DNA of 64,000 nucleotides from Nanobdellota archaeon (GTDB lineage Archaea; Nanobdellota; Nanobdellia; Pacearchaeales; GW2011-AR1): NCBI GenBank assembly GCA_030648155.1, contig JAUSIK010000008.1, positions 274,491 to 338,490 of the forward strand, read 5' to 3'. Shown piece by piece: positions 57,490 to 64,000 of this stretch (position 1 is its first letter; each line of letters starts with the position of its first letter). The notes under the pieces were generated by a model. It saw only the letters and a program-made list of their open reading frames with translations, ran no database searches and was not told where the DNA came from. The position numbers and the translations under genes were made by a program.

Positions 57490-58500
57490 TTAATTCTTAG
57501 CAAAACTCTTTGCTACAACTAATGGAAATAATATTGTCGCATCTCCAAAAACTTTTATGCTTTTAGCATCACCTTTTATTTTTCCCCATGAAATAGCCTC
57601 TTCAGGCATTGCACCTGAATCACTTCCATCATATTCCTGTGTAGTGTTTATATAAACACTATAATCGCATCCATTTCTTAGCATATTAGCATTCAAAATA
57701 GCATGTTTAACAACTCCTGATCCAAGTATTATTGCCCCAGACTTTTTTAGCCCTATCGTAGTATTATTTAATTTCTTTACATCCTCAACTAAATCAATCT
57801 TAAATTCATCATTGTTTAATGCGAAAAAATAAATATTATCTCCTAAAGCTCCGTCAGTTAAAGCTGGACAGTAAATTCTTATTTTGTTTTTCCATGCCCA
57901 ATAACAAATGCTCTCTTTATTGTTTATCTTCTCCCCCATTTTCCATATCAAATCACTCCCGCAAATTATCTTCCCAGTTTTTTTCTGCTCATCAAAAATC
58001 TCATTCAATAAAGGTTGCATGAATTTCTCAAACTCAACATACCTGTTATTAGGTGCATAAATATTTCCAATTCTATTAATTCCTTTTTTTCTTAAGTCTT
58101 GGCCATCAGCTCTAAAATTTCCTAATTTAAAATCACCTAGACATTTAATAATATCCTCTTCAATTCCACCGCATGTTGTAACTACAGTATCAACTTTTTT
58201 ATTTTCCACTAAATATCTAAATGCCTCTCTCAATCCAGAGCTTACTAAGTTAGATGTATAGCCTAAAAAAATAAAAGCCTCATCTTTAATCATTGAATTT
58301 ACAATTTCAATTGCATTATGTAAGTGCGATGCCTGAAAGCCCATGCTCGAAAAATTATCCACTATCTTTTCATAATCCACACCTTCATTAAAATCATATC
58401 CTTTGATAGGAATTCCATCTACCTCTTCGCTCTCTCTAAGTAAATTCTTTCTTGCAGTTTTCTCAATATTTTTCTTTTTATTGGTATCCATCAGAAACAA
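57490..58500 (-). CDS. dys: Deoxyhypusine synthase
   Basis: LGYTSNLVSSG, GGIEED, GVVKH, DGSDSGA..EEAISWGK (catalytic Lys). Confidence 0.95.
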   Translation of the reverse strand: MFLMDTNKKKNIEKTARKNLLRESEEVDGIPIKGYDFNEGVDYEKIVDNFSSMGFQASHLHNAIEIVNSMIKDEAFIFLGYTSNLVSSGLREAFRYLVENKKVDTVVTTCGGIEEDIIKCLGDFKLGNFRADGQDLRKKGINRIGNIYAPNNRYVEFEKFMQPLLNEIFDEQKKTGKIICGSDLIWKMGEKINNKESICYWAWKNKIRIYCPALTDGALGDNIYFFALNNDEFKIDLVEDVKKLNNTTIGLKKSGAIILGSGVVKHAILNANMLRNGCDYSVYINTTQEYDGSDSGAMPEEAISWGKIKGDAKSIKVFGDATILFPLVVAKSFAKN

Positions 58501-58548
58501 ACAAAACGAGTGTTTAAAAACCTTAACTACTTATATTTTTAAAGAAAG

Positions 58549-59055
58549 ATGGTGAAGAAATCTAAAACCCCTAAGAAAAAATCTAAATTAGGCCTTTATA
58601 TCTTAATAATAGTTATTATTTTAGCAGTTATAGGAATAATCCAATATAATGCTTCTCCAAGTTTAGCTCCTTACTACTCATCATCAGCAAGCCCCTCTCC
58701 TTCAGGAAGTCCAGCAACATTAAAAGCAAGTTCCAACGTCTTAGATTCATCTAAATATCAAGACCCATACTCACGTTTCCCAAGAGTAAAAACCTTCGCA
58801 GGCCAAGCTTGCAGTTGTAATATTAATCCTCAAGTACAGTGCAATACAAATAAATTAATGATTGTAAATGTAATAAAGCAGTGTCAATCAGCAGAGATCT
58901 GTTCAGGCAACTGTGAATTTAAGGTATATTGCGGAACAAAATCAGGAGACACCTACTATATAGAGTATGAAATAGCTGGTGTTGATGCACCTGGAAGTGG
59001 CGGTGGCTCTTCCACTGGAACACTTTGGACATCTGAATGCCGTTCAGCTGTTTAG
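58549..59055 (+). CDS. Membrane-anchored Cys-rich surface protein
   Basis: Basic N-terminus plus TM, S/P-rich linker, eight Cys in the C-domain. Confidence 0.6.
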   Translation: MVKKSKTPKKKSKLGLYILIIVIILAVIGIIQYNASPSLAPYYSSSASPSPSGSPATLKASSNVLDSSKYQDPYSRFPRVKTFAGQACSCNINPQVQCNTNKLMIVNVIKQCQSAEICSGNCEFKVYCGTKSGDTYYIEYEIAGVDAPGSGGGSSTGTLWTSECRSAV

Positions 59056-59059
59056 AAAA

Positions 59060-60118
59060 TCAACTCCCTCCAAATCTTCTTTGCCTTCGGCCGTATTCTC
59101 TTATTGCCTCACTTAGTTCCTTAACTCCGAAATCAGGAAAATAAACTTCACTAAAATATAACTCTGCATAAACTGATTGAAAAGGCATGAAACCGCTTAG
59201 CCTATTTTCTCCAGATGTTCTAATTATCAAATCAGGATCAGGAATATCTTTAGTATCTAAATACTTTAAAAAATCCTTTTCATCAATTTTATTAATTTTT
59301 TCCTTTAAAATATTATTAACGGCCCTCAATAATTCATCCCTTCCCCCGTAATCCAGGCATAATAAAACATTAAACTCCTTGTATTTTTCAGTCTCTTTTT
59401 CTAGTCTATTCAACTTTTTTAATAAATCGGAAGGTAATCTATCTTTTCTTCCTATATGTCTAAATCTCATTTTGTTTTCATGTGCAAATTTAATGAATCT
59501 TTCTACACCGCCTGCAAGCAAATCAAAAATTGCTTTTCTTTCTCCATCACTCCTTTTCCAATTTTCAGTTGAAAATCCCCATATTGAAACATATCCTACT
59601 CCAATATCTTTAGCTTTCTTTAATAAAGATTCTATATTGCTGTAGCTTCCAGCTCTATAATGTCCGAATTGCGGTTCTAATCCCCTAAATTTAGCCCATC
59701 TTCTATTCCCATCAGGAATTATAGCAACATGTTTAGGAATTAATTCGAATTTTTCCTGAATATTATCCAACCGTAATATTCTTCTAAATAATCTTCCAAC
59801 ACTTTTGACTTTATCACTAACAAAATTTCCTTCCCTTACAATTTTAAAATCATCTACCCCTTTATCAATATCACTCCAATTTATATCCACATTTTCAACT
59901 TTTGAAAATCCAGGATTATCCATTACCCAGTCAATCATATTATTAATCTTGCTTTTCTCTCCTTGAGCAACTATTAACACACTCCCTCCGGCTAAATTCA
60001 TAACACTTCCCACTAACCCAGATTCTAATGCATATTGTCTTATTTGCTTCCTAAAATGTATTCCTTGTACTCTCCCCTTAACTTCAATTCTAGCTTCTTT
60101 CATCTTTAGTCTCCTCAA
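59060..60118 (-). CDS. uppS: Acylphosphatase-cis-prenyltransferase (UppS) fusion (probable Met 60103)
   Basis: N: KGRVQGIHFR...GSVMNL..GSV (AcyP); C: IPKHVAIIPDGNRRWA, FSTENWKRS, PDLIIRTSGENRLSGF. Confidence 0.9.
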   Translation of the reverse strand: MRRLKMKEARIEVKGRVQGIHFRKQIRQYALESGLVGSVMNLAGGSVLIVAQGEKSKINNMIDWVMDNPGFSKVENVDINWSDIDKGVDDFKIVREGNFVSDKVKSVGRLFRRILRLDNIQEKFELIPKHVAIIPDGNRRWAKFRGLEPQFGHYRAGSYSNIESLLKKAKDIGVGYVSIWGFSTENWKRSDGERKAIFDLLAGGVERFIKFAHENKMRFRHIGRKDRLPSDLLKKLNRLEKETEKYKEFNVLLCLDYGGRDELLRAVNNILKEKINKIDEKDFLKYLDTKDIPDPDLIIRTSGENRLSGFMPFQSVYAELYFSEVYFPDFGVKELSEAIREYGRRQRRFGGS

Positions 60119-61205
60119 TTAAAGCATTTTTAAACTTTTCCAAATCATTAGTTTGAATTCTAGCTCCAACAGCATCTTCATGCCCTCCACCGCTTGCATT
60201 TTCAAACTTTTTTATCATCTTCTCAAGAATTTTTCTAATTCCTTTTCCCCTTAAAGAAACATTAGAAACCCCTCCTTTCCTAAATGCCACACTTATGTAT
60301 TTCTTTGGATAAATATAAGACAATTCATTAGCAATGTCAGAACTAATGCTTAAGTCTCCAGTATAATCAAAGAAAATAATTTTTTCATATTGAGAAGATT
60401 TTGCCCTTTCTAATAGATCGTCATATTTTCTTTTTATTTCTCTGTATCTTTTCCTAAATGAGTGATTCCCGCTTACTTCCATTAATACTTCTTCTGGCCC
60501 CTTACAGGAAATCAGAAAATTTTGTAAATGGACTATATTCGTTGTACTGTCCTTTAATCCAAAATTAAATGCCTGGGCAATTCTCCCAATCTCCGTTTTA
60601 TAGTAAGCATCAAAAGGCTCACTAACTTTTCCCCAATATTCACCATATCTTTCCGCAAATTGTTCTGCAAAATCAGGAAGATAATGATCAGCTACGCACC
60701 CTATTATTCCAAGCCATAAATCTTCCTTTCTGCCGCTTACCTTAATAGCTAAATATGTTACAGGTTCACTGCTTTTATCCTTTCCACTATTTTTACTTGG
60801 ATTATAAACAAATACATTACTAAACTCCTTATAGTATTCATTATCCACATCGTGGTGATCAAGCCAAACTAAAGGTAATCCTAAGTCGCCTATTTCTTGA
60901 ATAAATTCTTTTGCAATTACAGGCTTATCCAAAACAAAAACATAATCTGCATTTAGTTCTTTGGCCTTCCTTGCATATTGAGCATTTAAATCAGGAAAAC
61001 TTCTTACAGCGACCCCTTTTCCCCTTCCTAAATATCTTCTTAAAATTAAAAAACTGCATAATCCATCACAATCATTATCGTAATAAAAAATAGGATTTTG
61101 CGCCTTTTCAAGATGCTCTTTCAATTCCAAGAGTTGTTTAGCATTAAGCATACTAAACCAAAAAAACCTGCTATTTAAAGCTGATGAAAGATCAAGAGTT
61201 TGCAC
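60090..61205 (-). CDS. DHH/DHHA1 family phosphoesterase (RecJ/Cdc45-like, archaeal); probable start 61151
   Basis: YYDNDCDGLCS, VFVLD, WLDHH, SLRG, GGGHEDAVG. Confidence 0.8.
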   Translation of the reverse strand: MQTLDLSSALNSRFFWFSMLNAKQLLELKEHLEKAQNPIFYYDNDCDGLCSFLILRRYLGRGKGVAVRSFPDLNAQYARKAKELNADYVFVLDKPVIAKEFIQEIGDLGLPLVWLDHHDVDNEYYKEFSNVFVYNPSKNSGKDKSSEPVTYLAIKVSGRKEDLWLGIIGCVADHYLPDFAEQFAERYGEYWGKVSEPFDAYYKTEIGRIAQAFNFGLKDSTTNIVHLQNFLISCKGPEEVLMEVSGNHSFRKRYREIKRKYDDLLERAKSSQYEKIIFFDYTGDLSISSDIANELSYIYPKKYISVAFRKGGVSNVSLRGKGIRKILEKMIKKFENASGGGHEDAVGARIQTNDLEKFKNALIEETKDERS

Positions 61206-61211
61206 ACCCTA

Positions 61212-63605
61212 TTAATAAGCAACTCTGCCATAATACTGTTGGGTAAATGGCAAGTCGATCTTTGAAATTTCAGTTAGATCATCTAAGTCATTTGCCTTTA
61301 TTTTTCCTGGAGATACAGTGTATAAAGTATCGCCTATATACAAGCTTCTTTCTATTTGATTCTTATAATCATAGAAAGGATTATGCCTAATTCCTCCTGG
61401 AAGATAATCAATTGAATCATCGTTCCATGTGTAATCAGATTCAGGCATACCGTATCTGTAATCAGCTTCAACCTCATCTTCTTTTGCACTCTCTTTCATC
61501 TTCCAGCTATTTTCTTTAACTTTAACCCATACATTGCCAGCATCATCCTTTCTTTCAGCCCCAACAGGCTCTTCACTTGCAGGCTTATATTTAATAATAT
61601 TATCAAAATGCGTTATCTTTCCTCTTACTTTAATTTCATCAAGATTAATATCAAATACCATTGCACCCTGCCATACCATCTGGCCATAAGCATCGCTAGG
61701 AATCTTCCCATTATATTTGCTCTTGTCAATTTCGACCAAACTAATAGGCAATACCAATAAATTTCTCTCCTTGTCAAACAAAATTGCCTTATGATCATAC
61801 AATGCGTTGCTTTCGGTTCCTCTCTCTCCAACAATTATTTTAGCGCTTTCCCTAGGATTTTCAACATCTTTTACATCAAAAATAGATACCTTAATTCCTT
61901 TTACAGCAGTATCAATGCTCTCATCTACATCTTTTCCTATACCGATAATATGATCTTCATCGTATGGATGTAAATAGTTAGAGTATCCTGGAATCTTCAA
62001 ATATCCTAAAACTTTAGGATTTTCAGCGTTGCTTAAATCCACTACATAAAATGGATCAATCTGCTTGAAAGTCACTAAATATGCTCTTTCACCCATAAAT
62101 CTGGCGGAATAAATGCTCTCTCCTTCAGCCAATCCTTCTAGTTTTCCAATTAATTTCAAATCGCCATCTAAAACATATAAATTGTTTTCGCTATTTCCCT
62201 CCCAGCTCTGTCCGCTGGTCGTAGCTATTCTAAAATTGCCGTTAAATTCATCCATTGAAAATTGATTCAATACAGTTCCCCTTACTTCTCCTTCACCCTG
62301 ATAATTGATTTCTTCCTCATCTATATTTATCTTATGTACAACAGTCTTCGTACTATCTCTGCTTAATTCTCTTTGAAATTTATCTAGTTCTTCAAATAAT
62401 TCCTCATCGAAGTCACTCTTTTCATCACCTTTCAAAGATCTTGAATAATCACTTACAATTTTATTTATTTCATTTGATTTTTCATAATATTCTTTTCCAG
62501 AATTCAAAATATCATTAACTTTTGACTTCTCACTTTCAGGAAGAATAGGAAGTATAACCTTTCTTACTGCGTCGTCAAAATAATCTCTCTGGCTTAAAGT
62601 TTTAGTATAAGTCATATAAATATTATCATTAGAAACATAAATATTATTTGTGGTTCCAGTCATATATACCTTGCTATTTATCCCTCCATCCTCAACATTA
62701 ATAGCACTTATACTATTGAAAACATAACCATAATCATAATAATCAAAATAATAAACTTCGCTTATAGCAATTCTTTCTTCAACCCCATTTACTTTAAGCA
62801 TTGGAAGTATAGGCCCCTCATTATTTACATATTTAGAACTAATTACATAAATATAATCTCCAATCATTCTTGAATTAGCATAATTTCCATCAATAACTAT
62901 TTCATCATCTAACTGAGGGTTCTCTCTGCTAGAAATATCATAAATATAAACATATAATTTAGATTCCCCGCCATAATAAGGATATATGGCCATGTCAGCC
63001 CCTCCCGCAGGTGCAAATCCGCCAGCAATCTTACTATCTACTGCAACTTCAGTTGCAACTCCCTCTTCTTTATCGCCATAAACCCTTTCATATCCCTCTG
63101 CAAAAACAACCAGCCTATCATCATTCAAAAATATTCCTCTAATATTTTTATCCTTCAATTCAATTTCACTAATAATCTTCATTCCATTTGCAGGATAAGC
63201 ATCAGTAATCACAACTTTATTTCCTGCAATATTGTAAATATATCTCCCATCATTCTTAATTACATCCGCCTCGTCTACACCTTTAACTTGTATGTTAGTA
63301 GTTGAATAATCATCAGCTCCCTGTCTCATTTCAGCACTTCCTGCATTTCCAGAATCTTCAGCAGATGCAATAGAAGGAACTCCAACTCCCTTATTAAAAG
63401 AGTCTCTTCCTATAAAACCACTCGCTTCATTCATTTTTTGATTTTCTTTCAAAAATGTTTTCAATTCATCAATTGATTGAAAATTCTTTACATCTCCATT
63501 TTTAATTTCAGATCTATCAAAATCAAGCATTGAAATAACTATCAATCCTAAAACGATAAATAATAATATTCCAACAAAATTTATGTTTCTTGTTTCTTGT
63601 TTCAT
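61212..63605 (-). CDS. Secreted beta-propeller domain protein (Beta_propel-like)
   Basis: YSTTNIQVKGVDEADVIKNDG, NQFSMDE, IYSARFMG, VTFKQIDPF, LKIPGYSNYLHP. Confidence 0.88.
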   Translation of the reverse strand: MKQETRNINFVGILLFIVLGLIVISMLDFDRSEIKNGDVKNFQSIDELKTFLKENQKMNEASGFIGRDSFNKGVGVPSIASAEDSGNAGSAEMRQGADDYSTTNIQVKGVDEADVIKNDGRYIYNIAGNKVVITDAYPANGMKIISEIELKDKNIRGIFLNDDRLVVFAEGYERVYGDKEEGVATEVAVDSKIAGGFAPAGGADMAIYPYYGGESKLYVYIYDISSRENPQLDDEIVIDGNYANSRMIGDYIYVISSKYVNNEGPILPMLKVNGVEERIAISEVYYFDYYDYGYVFNSISAINVEDGGINSKVYMTGTTNNIYVSNDNIYMTYTKTLSQRDYFDDAVRKVILPILPESEKSKVNDILNSGKEYYEKSNEINKIVSDYSRSLKGDEKSDFDEELFEELDKFQRELSRDSTKTVVHKINIDEEEINYQGEGEVRGTVLNQFSMDEFNGNFRIATTSGQSWEGNSENNLYVLDGDLKLIGKLEGLAEGESIYSARFMGERAYLVTFKQIDPFYVVDLSNAENPKVLGYLKIPGYSNYLHPYDEDHIIGIGKDVDESIDTAVKGIKVSIFDVKDVENPRESAKIIVGERGTESNALYDHKAILFDKERNLLVLPISLVEIDKSKYNGKIPSDAYGQMVWQGAMVFDINLDEIKVRGKITHFDNIIKYKPASEEPVGAERKDDAGNVWVKVKENSWKMKESAKEDEVEADYRYGMPESDYTWNDDSIDYLPGGIRHNPFYDYKNQIERSLYIGDTLYTVSPGKIKANDLDDLTEISKIDLPFTQQYYGRVAY

Positions 63606-63681
63606 ATTGAGTTAAAAACCCCCAGGTATATAAACAGTTTCTTAACTTCAAATAAGTTTGAAGACTCAAAATTATTGTTAA

Positions 63682-64000
63682 TCATTCTCTCCTCCAAGAA
63701 TTCCACAATAATAAAACTAAAACTCCAACTAAAGCCCCTGCTAAAAACCAAAGCCAAAGATGTTGAGCAATTAACAAAGCACTTCCATCCCCTAAAGCTC
63801 CAGAATTTCCTGCTTCTTCAACCATCGCAATAGATTTTTCAACCGCGATCTCCCTAACATTACTTCCTGCATCTTGCGCGGTTTGAGCAATTTGACCGCC
63901 AGCAATTTTACTATTTATCCATACTTTTATTCCGAATGCAATTACACTGCAAACAATTATGCTAGGAATAACTCCCTTAACAATATGTTTAGGAGAAATA
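63682..64000 (-). CDS. 3' part of a membrane-anchored protein, probably a wHTH/ArsR regulator; runs off the window
   Basis: Manual translation ...ISPKHIVKGVIPSIIVCSVIAFGIKVW...QHLWLWFLAGALVGVLVLLLWNSWRRE*; sits upstream of the beta-propeller gene. Confidence 0.55.
   Translation of the reverse strand, partial: ISPKHIVKGVIPSIIVCSVIAFGIKVWINSKIAGGQIAQTAQDAGSNVREIAVEKSIAMVEEAGNSGALGDGSALLIAQHLWLWFLAGALVGVLVLLLWNSWRRE

Noticed and set aside
63597-63833. ORF-track 78-aa plus-strand ORF
   Set aside because: Antisense shadow of the minus-strand membrane protein (63682-64000) and the beta-propeller promoter.
1-64000. CRISPR array, rRNA, transposase or integrase/prophage
   Set aside because: No regularly spaced direct repeats, rRNA-like GC-rich tracts or DDE/Y1/tyrosine-recombinase motifs were seen.
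1-64000. Patescibacteria (CPR) origin of the contig, suggested by the tRNA group I intron, MnmA and Tgt
   Set aside because: Core informational genes (aRF1, MCM, aIF2-beta, GatDE, DHS, Sec61-beta, BHB tRNA, TATA promoters) are archaeal and flank the intron locus directly.

Overview
AT-rich archaeal DNA, most consistent with a DPANN/Nanobdellota (Pacearchaeota-like) genome. Markers are aRF1, MCM, aIF2-beta, Sec61-beta, archaeal ProRS/AspRS, GatDE, deoxyhypusine synthase, a BHB-intron tRNA and TATA boxes about 25 nt before start codons; the lineage is an inference. Housekeeping genes (valS, aRF1, mcm, RPA, ftsZ, aspS, proS, gatA/B/C/D/E, mnmA, tgt, dhs, uppS, DEAD helicase) are interleaved with six toxin-antitoxin pairs and many short accessory genes. 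The top finding is a tRNA-Asn(GUU) gene (23286-23580) split at anticodon position 35/36 by a 222-nt self-splicing group I intron (IC3-like core, P1 with the canonical U.G pair). A free-standing LAGLIDADG gene ends 2 nt from that tRNA's 3' end. Other highlights: a 135-aa mini-intein inserted right after the catalytic GGQ of aRF1, a 514-aa LAGLIDADG intein in MCM, a SLOG-PRTase-DUF4241-like operon (candidate defence system), an acylphosphatase-UppS fusion, bacterial-type Tgt, MnmA and a PVC-type protein, a GC-rich DUF5678 insertion, and a GatE lacking the GAD insertion. No rRNA, CRISPR array or transposase was seen. All family calls come from motif recognition by eye, not database searches.
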